Assembly: GCA_965112155.1 (NCBI GenBank)
Contig: OZ218101.1
Strand: one strand, 5' to 3'
Source: Podarcis liolepis
Lineage: Eukaryota
Length of the DNA stretch: 64,000 bases
Part shown: one piece after another, positions 24,901-38,201 of the stretch
Position numbering within the stretch: position 1 is the stretch's first letter
How the letters are laid out: the number at the start of each line of letters is the position of its first letter
Notes under the pieces: generated by a model
Told to the model about the DNA's origin: nothing
Seen by the model: only the letters and a program-made list of their open reading frames with translations
Databases searched by the model: none
Made by a program: the position numbers and the translations under genes

Positions 24901-27900
24901 ACTAGCAGTCAACAAGGTGGGCTGGCTCTGCTCACCTGGCTCGGCCAACATAGTGCTCCTGCTTATATGTTAGCACCATGCTGACCTCACCATTCCTTCT
25001 CTTCTCCCCCACTCCATCCCTGGATGCAGCAGTGACCTGGGCAGATGAGCACACCTGCCCCACACCATTGCCTGCAGATGCAAGGGTATCATGGGATTTC
25101 CAGAAATAAGGGCATATTCAGAAGGTTGCAATATACAGACCACCATAAACATGATTTGTAGAATGAAAGAATGATGCTCTTGATTCAAATACCCATTGGT
25201 CACCTTGGATAGCCTGAAACTGACCCAAATGGAATGGGATTACAGCCAGTTTATGTACTTTTTAGCCACTTAAACTGTCTAGCGTGTTTCATTTCACTGA
25301 GTTCTCTAAATTCCTGGCATATTTCTGCATCTTGCTAAACATTTTCTCTGTTGGCACAGAGGTTCAGATGACAGCTGATATATAAAGAGTGGGAAACTAC
25401 TGAACCTTTTGTTTTCCTCTTTTTATTACCATATAAAACATAGCAAGTATGTGGACAGATTTGAACAACTATTCCTAATGTATGAGCTGATTGATTTTCC
25501 TTACAAGCCTCACTGGGCAGTGTTGCACACAAACTATTTTACCTGAAATATTTCTACTTCTTTGCTTTACAAATATATGCCCTAGGTGTTCAACAGAATA
25601 TTTGGGGGTTAGTCACACATTCTCAGTAAAATAAACAACACTATGCGACATTCACACAATGCAGCAAGTAATATAAGAGAACTCAGGATACCTGACATTT
25701 CCCCCCAAACCAGTAGAAGAAAATCTTACCACAGCAACGAGGATAAAATATTGTTTGTATTGGAAGTGTGGTTTAATCTCATGTGCTTTGAAGAATATCA
25801 TACATTATAAACTATGTCATATTGCCTATTTCTACATGCATCTAAAAGAAAACAAAAAAAAATATATTAATTCAAAATGCATTCCTCTTTAGTGGAGGTT
25901 CTTAGATTTTCAGATAACGTGGATCAAACTATTTTCAGTTCTAAATGTAATGTTACATGGGCTTGGTTTGAAGGTCATAATTCCAGCTGCAAAACAATTT
26001 GCTTTGTTTCCCTGTTTATGCTTTCACATTGATATGTATGTAAATTACCATCTGGCTAAGGTGTAAATCACTCCCAGCCAGTATGGATAACGGTCAGGGA
26101 TGATGAGAGTTGTAATCCATAACATCTGGGGGATACCACGTTGGCTACCCATGGTCTACATAGCTTAACTGGAAGTCTGGCATTGGTTTAACTGTAGTTA
26201 ATGCTAAAACCAAGAACACCTGATAGCCTAGAAACAGCATCATTTTTTAAAAACACACACACACACACACTAAAAACAAAGACAAACCCTGCAATGATTA
26301 CAAATGGAGCATGGAGCTGGACTAGGCCCAGTTTTACCAGCTTCTTATTGTGGTGCTTGGAGTGGAGCTCTGCACCTTCTTCCCTACAATGCGAGCCAAG
26401 CTAGGGATGCCACCATTCCCACTGCTCATGCTGCCTCTGCCTCCACCACTGTGGAGCTCTTAGGAGCAGCAGCTGCAGCAAGCACAGTTCAAGTGGCCAA
26501 CCCTCCTGTGTCCACGGAGCCCTGCTGCAGAACTCCCTTGAGTGTCATCTCAGTTCCCTGGAAGCCATTTGTCAAAATGACAAATTCCTCCCTTCCCTTC
26601 AAATATCAAGAATACAGTTTGTGTGTTTTCTATAGATTAGTTTCCACAGTCATCACAGTGTTGCCCCAACTGGGGCTTTGCTGACTACGTTGCCATCTTT
26701 GACTTTCTGAGGAGATATCAGATATGACGCAAGATTGGCTCAACAACAAACCAGAAGGCTCCACTTTGGGATAAATAATGCCCATTACTATCAATGGTTG
26801 CCTACTTTTTACCTTTACCTTACTTTTTATGGTCACAGTTACAACTGTAGTGATGTGTGCTTAATCATCAGCCAGATAGAACAATAACAACGGACAACAA
26901 GAAAAAATATATTTCTGCTCTTTTAGTTACTAGGTCGAGGTCTCTCACTTAATAGAATCTGAACTAATGAAAAGCTTACTGTGTGAGCAACTGAAGCAAT
27001 GTGTGTCAACAAGACAGAATTTCCTGATAGTGTTGTAAGGACATGTGCAAAACTTATTGCTTGGGTCATGGAGTTAATGAAGGGCTAGAGCCTTAATAGG
27101 TAAAGAAATGATGAATAATCACTGTCGGAAGCACAAGTGAGCCAGCAAATGGAGTAGAGCAAATGTGGAATGCCGTATTTATCCTCAAGTTCTCTTTCCC
27201 CCTGCCACTGAGTTCCTTATGCTTTTGAGATGCTGAGTGATGCACTTTGTTTGCTAATCTTTTCTTCTCATTTCTGTTTAATCACTCTTAATTGGTAAAT
27301 GTTAGATTTGACAGAACAAGGCTTTCATCAGCACAGAAGAAAGCTGTGGGGATTAGTATAGGGAATAAATACACATCTCTGCTCTTCATGCTGCAAAGAA
27401 CAGTCATAGAAAGCTTTGTTGACTTGCTTCCAAACTAGGTTGTAGGTTATTTATTTTTAACTATTTATAGCAATAGCAATCATGTTAGCCTGCTTTTCAA
27501 CATATGAGCCCAGAGTGGAGTAAGCTACAAATCAAAACACTGAAAGCAACTCACATACCATTTATACAGTACAGGCTTTAATTCCTGCAAGATCTGCTCC
27601 CTGCTTTCCTTGTGTTTTTCCACCTGGCCAGGGAGGATGAGATCCTGACTGGATGCAAGCTACACAAGCTGAGGCTGCTGAACAGACCCTTGGGCTGGGG
27701 TATTGTTTAGGGGTTTTTGCTGCTGCTGTTCCTGTTATTGAGATTATTTTTTGTATCTTTATTTTTTATATTTTAGGATTTATATAAATTATTTCAATTT
27801 TGTTGTGTACTCTTTGTTGTGCTTTCTTTATTGTTTATGACTACTTTTCTAATTATTCAAATCTTTTGCATGTTGCAAAGCTGCCTTGAGCATGGCTTTG

Positions 27901-28429
27901 ACTGTTGAAAGCAGAATACAAATAAAATGAGGAAGAGGAGGAAAATATTAGTCTACTTTAAAAAACACACAAAAAAACCCCACAAACTGCAGAATGAGCT
28001 CCTTACTTTGCAGCCACAGAACTAATATTAATATCCTACCACTGCTGGTGGTACATCAAGACCTCCTGCCCAGTCTGATATCTGAGGATATTGACAGACC
28101 AAAACATCAAGGATTTTTTTTCTGTTATGTGCATCCCAGATTAGGAAGAACAAATTGAATCCAGTTGGTGCTTCCTGTGTATTGATCAGGTGGCTGGTAC
28201 TACTCTTATCCCCTATAATTCAACTAACACAATATAAAAATATACAGATGGATGGGAATTATTTTAGTTACATCTCATACAGGATATGTATTCTTAGATC
28301 CCCCAGTGTTGTGGTGGTTGCTTTAAAGCTATTCTAGCAGCACTGGGGATGGGCACAATCCATTTCCCTGTGGAATTTTCCAGAGAAGATGCTGCTTATT
28401 CTATAGTAGTTCTGGTCATAGTAGTTGTT

Positions 28430-28465
28430 AAATAATAACAATAACAACAACAACAACAACAACAA

Positions 28466-28499
<34 letters not shown>
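28430..28499. repeat. Compound (AAT/AAC)n(AGT)n microsatellite at an L2 tail
   Basis: Direct reading; abuts the L2 3' end. Confidence 0.9.
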
Positions 28500-28822
28500 T
28501 ATTTATTTATTTATACCCCGCCCATCTGGTTGAGTTTCCCAGGCACTTTGGGTGGCTCCCAATCAAGTGTTAAAAACAATAAAGCATTAAATCTTAAAAA
28601 CTTCCCTAAACAGGGCTGCCTTCAGATGTTTTTTAAAGATAAGATAGCTGCTTATTTCCTTGACATCTGATGGGAGGGCATTCCACAGGGCGGGCGCCAC
28701 TACCAAGAAGGCCCTCTGTCTGGTTCACTGTAACCTCACTTCTTGCAATGAGGGAACCACTAGAAGGCCCTTGGAGCTGGATATCAGTGTCCGGGCAGAA
28801 CGATGGGGTGGAGATGCTTCTT
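28500..28822 (-). mobile_element. L2 LINE 3' end, 5'-truncated
   Basis: TTTATACCCCGCCCATCTGG...AAAACTTCCCTAAACAGGGCTGCCTTCAG...GGGAGGGCATTCCACAGG...GGCGCCACTACC.AGAAGGCCCT is the reverse of the lizard L2 ORF2 end/3'UTR pattern. Confidence 0.8.
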
Positions 28823-29454
28823 CAAGTATTATCATTATTTTGCCTTCAGAGAAAATAGGAGCTTCAGACAGAGACCAACATTTCACAGGTGGTGTGGAAT
28901 GAAGGAAAGAGAGTGGGGGAGAGGGAGATGATGCATATGCAGGGGACAGCAGTATTGGGACCATGGCATGTAAAAAGATAATATAACTTGCCTACACACA
29001 GAGAGAGAATGACCACCCCCTCACCCACTTAAAGCTACATTTTGCTATGAGTGAGGAGCTCTTACAAGTGCCAAAGACATCTTCTCTCCTGAAGCAAATA
29101 TCAGTTGAGGAAGGTGTGGAGGGGAAGGGGTAAAGTTTGTGCAGTGTCCCACACACTGTAGTTCTGGTCCTAATGTTTCTTGTAGCTAGTTCTGCCTGAT
29201 GAACAGTGCATTCCAAACCATGCCAACTCAGAAGTCCTTTTGAGTTCATTGGGTCTTACACACAAGTGGGGTTAGGAATACAATCTTAGACTGGAAAACA
29301 GTACAGCCACAAAGGGTTAATGAGTCCTCCACTCACCTACCTTGCAGACGGCTTCTTTAAAGTTAAAACCAAAACCTCAGGATCTTCCATGGATCTCCCA
29401 TGGATCTCCCACGTACCACCTAATTTGGCCCTTAGGTGTGGAGAATCACTAATG

Positions 29455-29800
29455 CAGACCCTCCAAGTGTCCCTGTTTTCCAGGGATGTCCCTCATTAAA
29501 AGAAGCCATCCCAGTTTCTGATTTGATCCTGGAATGTTCCACTTTTCCTTAGGATGTCCCTATTTTCATTGGAGAAACGTTGGAGGGTATGGAGTTATCT
29601 GACCCCTGTGCTGTCTGAAGGCAATCCTGTATAGGGAAGTTTTTCAAAAAATGTGTAATGCTTTATTATGTTTTTATATATGTTCGAAGCTGCCTAGAGT
29701 GACTGGGGCAACCCAGTAAAATGTGTGGGGTATAAATAGTAAAATTATCATTATGGAATGGGACATCCCTATTTTCATCGGAGAAATGTTGGAGGGTATG
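29455..29800. mobile_element. Composite MITE with a duplicated right end enclosing an L2 3' tail
   Basis: Left TIR CAGACCCTCCAA; right TIR TTGGAGGGTATG present twice (ending 29591 and 29800); L2-like tail at ~29613-29750. Confidence 0.75.
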
Positions 29801-30786
29801 CAAATGGTGTTCAATTGTATCAGATCCATGTATATGCATTGAGCTATTTATTGTGGGTGGTTATCTTTGCTTCATCCATTAGAAATGCGAGAGGAAAAAT
29901 GCATTAATTCCGTTGCAACATACCACTAGATTCATATTAATTTCTAATAACAAATAAAAATGAAAACTCTATTATTTATTTGTATTGATTTCTATTCAGG
30001 CTGATTACTTACTAGATCTAGTTGAATTTCTACAGTATTTATTAGGTGGTTTATGTGATTAGTTTTGTTCTCATTTCATTAAATAATTCATTTGTACTAG
30101 TCAGCTATAACTTGGGGAAAAGTTGCCAAAAATATTAATCAGAAACCATTATTTGATGAAAACAATCACACCCTGGGCTGAAACTGTGGAATAAACAGTT
30201 CTGAGGCCATATATTCCAGCATTTATTAGTTGCATTCATATTTTCATTACACCAAGCAGTAATATTAATTTCGATAGTCTTCCTCAAAGTGGTAAAATAA
30301 ATCTTATGCAGAAGTATTTGCAAGCTTAGGGACTTCATCAAGCCCTTTTTCTTCCAAGATTTGGCTTTAAAATAAACTAGCTCTGTACTTTTATCACTAA
30401 ACTAATTAGCTGTGGTGCTTGGGAATATACAGAAAATGGAAGGAAAATTAATTCGGCAAATAAAAATATAAGTATATATTCTTGCTCATTTTTTATTTAA
30501 ACCACTCTCCACAACTATTATTTTTAAAATCATATGGTCCTTGGGGGGGGGGGGGGAGCAGATCTTCCTATCCATGGTCCTTTACTTTAGAGAAGGAAAT
30601 CTGATGTCAGATACCCGCTTCTCAATACTAAAGCAATATCAGAGTTCTTATGCCAGTAAGGTCTAAAGTGGGCTTCCCAGACTGAATAGGGAAAAGGCAC
30701 AGATCTGAAGAGTTTTACGTCTTTCTGCTCCCTCAACATGTTCCTAGGCTCAATATAAATCAGTTCCTATGATTTTGCTCTCATTG

Positions 30787-30790
<4 letters not shown>

Positions 30791-30848
<58 letters not shown>
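30791..30848. repeat. (GT)n(GA)n microsatellite
   Basis: Direct reading. Confidence 0.95.
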
Positions 30849-30854
<6 letters not shown>

Positions 30855-32365
30855 TAAAAGGGATTGACAAGTGGTTACTCAGTGAATCCATGTAGAGCTT
30901 GCTCATTGGCACATCTGCAACATGCCTAAGTGTGTATGCTTGTGTGTGCATCTATTCTTCCTCATCAATAGTATATTCAGGAGGAGGAGCCTGAATGTCC
31001 AAAAGAGGGTTTCTATATGTACCTGCAGCTGTTTTACCATGGATAATTTTAAATACCAATGCAGGGTTTTTTGGATGATCTTAAAGATCTTGGCAAGACA
31101 CAGTGGAACAGAAAGCCTCTATGTTAGGGGTTGGGACTTGTGGCCCTCCAGTTGTTGTGAGACCACAACTCTATAAGAATGTAAGAAGAGTCTGCTGGAA
31201 TAGGCCAATGTCCATCTGTAACCTGGGAATGATGAAAGTTGGACTCCAACATTTCTAAAACCACAGATGTTCCTCACCCCTGATCTATGGTATGTAAATC
31301 CCAAAACCTTTGGAGTTCTGTAGGCCAAAGCATGGGTTTTCAAGTGTGCCTGGAAGACAATAGAGAACTCGTTATTTCATAGGGTTTTGCTGAATTTTCA
31401 CGAGATTCTTTTTTCATCACGAAAGCTTACATTTTGGGTATGTGCATGCAAAGTTTTCTTCAAAGATAAAACCCCCGGGAGGGAGGGCAAAAATGCCTTT
31501 TGCTACAAAACTGTGTTTTGTTCTCCTTTGCCAAAGAAACAGTAATTTTAAAGGAGGCAGTTGGCCACATTATGCACAGCATAATTTTTGCTGCCTCATT
31601 TGCCTAGATAGAGGAGAAATCGCACTGCACAGAATGCAGTAATTTTGTCCTTTAAAGTGGCTGATTTTGAAAGAACAGAACATTGTTGCCACAAAGGAAG
31701 GAAACATTGTGTGCTCCTGAAGGGTCACCAGAATGGATGCCTCTTTTTCAGGGCAAAGCTGTTTTGTGAAAAGTTTTGTCAAAAGCTCAGCCCTCATATT
31801 TGGCTACTATGTCTGCTGTTGTGCCCAACTCCATCTGCCCTCATTCATGTGATCCTTCTCTCTGCCTGTCTCTCTCCCTACCCCTCGCTCTCCTTTTGTT
31901 GATTTTGAATTTGACTGTATCAAAAAGTAATTGAGTACAGGCAAGACCATTTTCCATCTGGTTAGTGTTTGAGAGGGTATATTGAGTATGTTTTATGCCA
32001 TCATTCCCTATTTCACCATGAGCGGCATGTATTGTTATGGATGCTGGCCTAACTTGCCAGCCTGACCATACCTTCTGTCAGGCAAATTGGTTGGCTAATG
32101 GCCCAGAAGGGTTGGTCAGTGTTTTCCCAGTAGTCATGAAATAGCTGGGTCTTCCTTGGCTGTTCTAAGGATTCAGGCAGACTTGATGTATGTTCCAATT
32201 CAGCATTAATGAGCAGATTTTCCCAAGGAAAGCAGCAGGGGGGGGCAGAAATATGCTCAAGCAAAGAACTTTAAACCTCTGGTGTGTTCCTAGAAAGTGC
32301 AGGGCAAAAGGTAAGTGTGGCTGAACCCTTATGGGAAGAACTCAAAAGAGCTAGGGACATTTGTA

Positions 32366-32574
32366 CAGTAGTACCTCAGGTTACAGACGCTGCAGGTTAC
32401 AGACTCAACTAACCCAGAAATAGCACCTCGGATTAAGAATTTTGCTTCAGGATGAGAACAGAAATTGTGCTCTGGTGGCGTGGCGGCAGCAGGAGGCCCC
32501 ATTAGCTAAAGTGGTACCTCAGGTTAAGAACAGACCTCCAGAATGAATTAAATTTTTAACCCGAGGTACCACTG
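32366..32574 (-). mobile_element. Tigger/pogo-like MITE
   Basis: CAGTAGTACCTCAGGTTA...TAACCCGAGGTACCACTG with TA flanks; reverse orientation relative to 7183-7424. Confidence 0.85.
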
Positions 32575-33062
32575 TATAACCTATTCCACGCTAGCTAGGA
32601 GCAATGTAATTCAGGTCTCTCCTCATGTAAAAAAATTAAGAATTTTGAGTTACAGAAGGCAATTTTAATGTGTTTTGCTTAGCCTTTCTTGGAAATATGA
32701 TGCGGAGCAGTAGATATGCTCCTTTTAGTAGTGCTTTGGCTTCATCTGTGGTCAGTTTATACCAGTAGCTGCTGGTGAGGCAATTGTAGTGGTGGGTTCT
32801 GCTTCTCTCCTGGCTTCCCAGCACATCAGGCCACTGGTGCTTAGCAAGGGGGACAGGGGCAAGGCAGCAGGAGTTTTGTGGTTGCTCCGGCAGGGCCAAT
32901 CCAATACACCTGACACAGTGTCCCCACTGTGCATGCACAATTCTAAGCACCTGCTGCCTTGCCACCCCTTCACTCTTGGTAAGCACCATTGACCCACTGT
33001 GTTGGGAAGCTGGAGGAGCAACAAAGCCCCATCCACACTGTCTCACTAGCCACTACTGGCTT

Positions 33063-33193
33063 TGTTGTTGTTTATTTGTTTATTCGTGTCCGACTCTTCG
33101 TGACCCCATGGACCAGAGCACGCCAGGCACTCCTGTCTTCCACTGCCTCCTGCAGTTTGGTCAAACTCATGCTGGTATCTGCGAGAACACTGT
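33063..33193 (-). mobile_element. BovB (RTE clade) LINE 3' end, 5'-truncated
   Basis: CGTGTCCGACTCTTCGTGACCCCATGGACCAGAGCACGCCAGGCACTCCTGTCTTCCACTGCCTCC, (CAA)n tail, perfect 13-bp TSD CCACTACTGGCTT (33050-33062 / 33194-33206). Confidence 0.88.
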
Positions 33194-33799
33194 CCACTAC
33201 TGGCTTATACAGTTATAAATAAACCCCAATACTGTTTTACATAAGCAAAGCACAATGTTTCCAGGAATGGCGGAGTTATTCAATTCCATTAGCATTCAAA
33301 GTCAAACCTAATTCACACTTTCTAAAACAATACATGAACTGAAACACAGGCAACCTTCAAAATGTGCACTTAACTATATTTTACAAGGCGGTTATACAGC
33401 CAAGTAATGTATACCAAAAAAAAAAAGGCATTCTAGGGTATGGTGTGCATATATATGCATATATTACTGAAAATAGCAGTAGGGGAAACTATGCAAAAAA
33501 ATTGTATATTTGGCAAAATTCCAGGCAAAAAAATCTGTATATTAGGAGAATTTTGCACTAAAATACTGATGGAGTTTTATGACAGCTTCTTTTTTAAAAA
33601 AATAAAAATCATGAACTGATGTAGAAATTTGAATAACTATACTAAGACTGGTAAGATAAGAAACTGAGAGAGACCAACATTGACTGATTCACTCCTCTCT
33701 AGTTTTCAGAGATGAGTTCTTCCCAAGATAAACAAGTGCTAGAACTTCTCATTCCTTAGATAATTAAGGAACATACATAGCAATGTCTGGACAACAGAC

Positions 33800-34285
33800 G
33801 GATTTTGTGCCAATCACCTAAAAGACCTACTACTTCCTTTCCAACGAAGAGCTTTTATGCTAGCAAGACTAAATGCTTTCCCCTTTGCAGTGACCACAGG
33901 TAGATACTTGCAAATTCCTTATCAATCTCACCTGTTTGCCTGTAATCAGGGAGTACCAGATTCACTGGACCATATTCTTTTGGACTACCCTTTGCACAGC
34001 AGACTCCGCAAACAGATGCTGCGCAAGATGTTGGACCTGCGCCCCATGGCTCCAAGAGAAAGCCAAATGAGGTTCCTCCTAGTGGATAGGGACAAGGACG
34101 TTACTGCCCCAGTGGCGTCCTTTTTAATCTCCATCTTACCCAAAAGGGTTCTTAATTATTCATCCCTCTAGGGAACAGACAAGATGAAGCAGAACAATCA
34201 AGTACCTTGTGATCCTCAACAGCCTAACTCCTGTCCCTTTTAAATTTATCCTAGTGTTTTGATATGCTTTAACTCATAATGCTAA
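33800..34285 (+). mobile_element. Degenerate non-LTR retrotransposon ORF2 C-terminus and 3' end (RTE-X-like; clade uncertain)
   Basis: RRAFMLARLNAFP.AV..GRY..IPY..HL..C...PDSL.HILL..P.H..LR resembles a decayed C-terminal zinc-knuckle region; followed by AATAAAGG and a short TATTTG repeat. Confidence 0.5.
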
Positions 34286-35279
34286 TAAAGGTATTTGTAT
34301 TTGTTTGTACATCTCACTCTGATAGTTTGAATCCAGTTTAACTGGAGATAGCCAGTTATAGCACACATTTACTCTAATGTGCTCTGCTTTTGTGCATTAC
34401 TTATTTTTCACAAGCAATATTTAGAGGCAATCCCTTTCTGTTGGGCTTCTCTTCCTTTCAAACAAACTATGGCTCTGGTGGAGATGGATGTCAAAGACAT
34501 GTTACTGCCCTTAACTTTTCTCAAATGTTGAGAAAATGAGAGCTAGCAGATAATGATGGGAGGAAAGGGGAAGAGATTTAACCATCTGCCTCCTCTTCTG
34601 ACATAATGTTGTTGAAGAATGGAGGTGCCTGGTGGAGTGAAAAATAGGCCTATTGTGCCCATCCTACATCTTTAGGATTATCCCAAACCTCTGGCTTTTG
34701 GAAACTAGATAAACACTAGGATTTTTAGAACAGCTATTCAATAAAATAAAATGCATTATGCTGTATTCTCAGAACTTATTTTTGAAAAAGAAAAGAAAAG
34801 AAAAACTATACATGAGGGAGTGAACAATCTTCAGACTACGTATTAGAGAATACTGGATGGAGGCTATAATATACTGTAGTATAAGAGAAAGAACCCCCTT
34901 AGATAAAGCTGAAAAGGGGGGAAATCGTTTTAGGATATTCATGTCCCCCAGGGAGCAGAAACCATTGACCAATTCTTTTCCAGAGACTTTTTTTATTTCA
35001 GTAATATTTGAAAGACCTTCTGAACTTGGAATAACCCAGAGGGTATTCTTCTCTGCTACACTTTTAAAACACAATCCACAGGCTTTGGTTATTAAAGCAC
35101 TAAGATTCCCCCATGTAGAACAAATAATAAAAGCTGTCAGAGAAATACCTTGGCAGTATTATAGAAATGTGACATTTCCCCCCATGAAACACACTTGACC
35201 AAGAATGAAAGAAATAAACACAAAACTGATCCTAGTGGAAAAATACTAATAGATACAGCAAGAAGGATTTAATATAATA

Positions 35280-35492
35280 CAGTGGACGCTCAGGTTGTGA
35301 ACGTTATCCGTGCGGGAAGCACATTCGCAACGCACAGGGTTCGCAACCCACAGCGCCGCATGTGCACACGTGTGGGTCGCGATTCGGTGCGTCTGCGCAT
35401 GCATAAGCGCCAAAACCTAGAAGCAACCCGTTCCAGTACTTCCGGGTTTGGCGCAGTGTGCAACCTGAAATCGTGCAACCCAAAGTATCTGT
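35280..35492. mobile_element. Tigger/pogo-like MITE, different subfamily
   Basis: TA-CAGTGGACGCTCAGGTTG start, GCAACC subterminal repeats, decayed right end. Confidence 0.6.
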
Positions 35493-36477
35493 TTTAACAA
35501 GCTTTATTTCTTAGTTATGGCAATGGTGGCCAATGTGGTGCCCCTTAGATGTTGATGGATTTCAACTCCTGTCATTATGCCATTTTCAGTCCAGTATCAT
35601 CTGAAGGTCAACATGTTGGCTACCCGCAATTTGAAACATAGGAATTCTGCATCAGAAAGTAGGGCTGTGCACTGGCTCTGGCAAAATGCCAGCTCCTGGA
35701 CCACATCAGGATTTCACTAGGGTGGATTGAGATAGCCCCAGATAGCTCTGGGTCTGGATTCAGTTTGGGCCACCTGGAATAATCTGGGACAGTTGAAAGG
35801 AGTAGAGAAATTGGATGGCCCTTCTCTGCAGCAGCAGAATGGGTGGAGGGGGAAATGATTTTGCACCCAGCCTTCTGCAGAGAGAAGGCAGCAGGTTTCT
35901 GCCTTGCTCATAAAAGTGAGCAAAAGGCAAGACAGCAGCACATACTTTCATGAACTAACCAGTTGGAAGCATCATTTTCTTATTTCCATTTAGCATACTT
36001 TACAGTAAAAACCTGACATTTGGCAAATGTTGACCTTTACTGGTAATTTTAAGCAACCAGGATGAAATGCCTTTTATTGGTAAATAAAGGAAATGTGAAT
36101 AACAATTAGACATTTATCAGATTTACGTACTCAATTAGCCTTGCAATTTTGAATTAAATGCCAGTTATAATTGTGCCACACAGCTTGTTTGGGATATTTA
36201 TAGCCAAGTCAGAGTAAATGATAGAAATACTGTAGACTGGTCATTTTTCCAGAAACACTCATTTATTCCTGAAATTTATCAGTCAGTGGTCCTGTGTATA
36301 CTAACAAGCAACATGGAACTCCTATCTTTGACATTGCACCCATTACTCCAGCAATCTTTTTCTAGAAATCTGTCTGTTCTAGAAATCTTGCACGGTAATC
36401 CTTTGCATGTTTACTCAGAATTAAATCCCCTTGAATTCTATGTAGTTTACTCCCAGGTTAATGTGTACATGATTACG

Positions 36478-36643
36478 CAGTAGCGTAGCATGGGGGGGTG
36501 CAGGGGGGGGGCCGGCCGCACCGGGCGCAACATCTGGGGGTTAGGGGGTGCAAATCCACGGGTTAGGGGGTGCAAATCCACAGGTTAGGGGGCACAAATT
36601 ACTTGCCTTGCCCCGGGTGCTGACAACCCACGCTACGCCACTG
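36478..36643. mobile_element. hAT MITE, young
   Basis: TIR CAGTAGCGTAGC / GCTACGCCACTG; perfect 8-bp TSD TGATTACG (36470-36477 / 36644-36651). Confidence 0.92.
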
Positions 36644-36676
36644 TGATTACGGCCCCAATTATCTTTCTAGGTTGTG

Positions 36677-36907
36677 CAGTGGTACCTCTGGTTATGAACT
36701 TCATTTGTTCCGGAGGTCCGTTCTTAACCTGAAAATGTTCTTAACCTGAGGTACCTTTTTAGCTAATGGGGCCTCCTGCTGCCACCACGCAATTTCTGTT
36801 TTCATCCTGAGGTAAAGTTCTTAACCCGAGGTACTACTTCCGGGTTAGCGGAGTCTGTAACCCGAAGTGTTTGTAATCCAAGGTGTTTGTAACCCGAGGT
36901 ACCACTG
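36677..36907 (+). mobile_element. Tigger/pogo-like MITE
   Basis: CAGTGGTACCTC...GAGGTACCACTG; right TA intact, left TG. Confidence 0.85.
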
Positions 36908-37469
36908 TATTTTTAAAAATGGAACCTTCATTATTATAAAGTGGGGTAGAGAAACTGTGGCCCAACAGATATTGCTGAACTGCAACTTCCATCAGCCCCA
37001 GCAAGCATGGTCAATGGCAATAATAATGATGATGGGATGCAAGGATGATAGGAGTTGTAGTTTAGGAACATTTGGAACATTACACACCTCTGTTATAAAG
37101 GATGCAGCTATCCACTGAGCCTTTCACCTGCCTATGCAGGACCAACCCACCTATGAGGCAAGGCAAGGTGACTGTCTCAGATGGCAGGATCCACAGGGGC
37201 AGCAAGAATCAAAATGTCTTTGTATATATGGGACTTTTTCATGTGCTCCAGCAGTCTCTCTTTTTCCTGCTTCCAGTGTGTGTCCAGAAGATGCATAAAT
37301 TTAGCTGGCACGTAGGTCAGAATCTAGTCATCTTTTTTAGTGTTAGAGCATCATTTTATAAATCTATAAAACACACACACTCAGTGGTTTCCTAAGCAAT
37401 GCAATAAATGGTTTGTGGTCTGATTCCAAAGCCAGTTTCTGGCCATAAATGTATTGATTAAATCATTCA

Positions 37470-37760
37470 TGCTCAGGTAATATTTCCAACATCTCCTTCT
37501 CAATTTGTGCATATCTGGTTTCTGCATCTGACAGTGATTTGGATTCAAGTGCTATTGGCTGCCAACAGTCATAATATTTCTGTAAAATCACTCTACCTAG
37601 CTCAAATAGTGTTGAAATTTTATAGACCTTTCCGGAGTATATAGTCATTTAATATTGGGTCCCATATCCCATTTTCTTCCCTGAGGTTGTCCATCATTGC
37701 TTCCATTCTGCATCCCAGCTCATTCTTTCATGCTCAGAAACTGTCCACAGAGGAAATGGA
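37470..37760 (-). pseudogene. Degenerate Ty3/Gypsy pol fragment (RT-RNase H)
   Basis: LGRVILQ....WQPIALESKSLSDAETRYAQIEKEML matches the Gypsy RNase H motif LGAVL.Q...PVAYASR.L..AE.RY..IEKE.L. Confidence 0.75.
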
Positions 37761-38201
37761 GAAAATACATTTTCCATAATAACCCACCCTTACTCTGAAA
37801 TCTACCTTTAACTAGTCATGTGCCAATATTGCCATTTAGCCGGTATTCTTATAGCCATGTCCCTGAAAGTAAGCCCTGCTGAGTAGATAGTTGTCCCAAT
37901 TTTCCAGGGACAGTCCTGGAATTACGAAAGCCACCCTGGCTTTTGATTTGATCCCAGAATGTCGCTATTTCCCCTGCCAGTGCTGCCACCATTGAGCTTG
38001 GGGTGGAGGATGAGGTATCACTTGTACCAAGTGGGGGCAGCGGTGAGGGAGCATCCCATGGCCTCTGTATGGCCTCTCCATGGCTGCTGCTGCCAGCTTC
38101 CCCCCTTGGGCAGCTCATAGCTGTTGCTGGACAGTAGAGGGGAGGCTTCCCACATCAAGGCCCAGCTCCACATGACACCAGCTCTGAGAGGCAGGCAGAA
38201 G

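Noticed and set aside
34769-35198. Overlapping 101-aa and 113-aa ORFs
   Set aside because: No recognisable domain, no splice context
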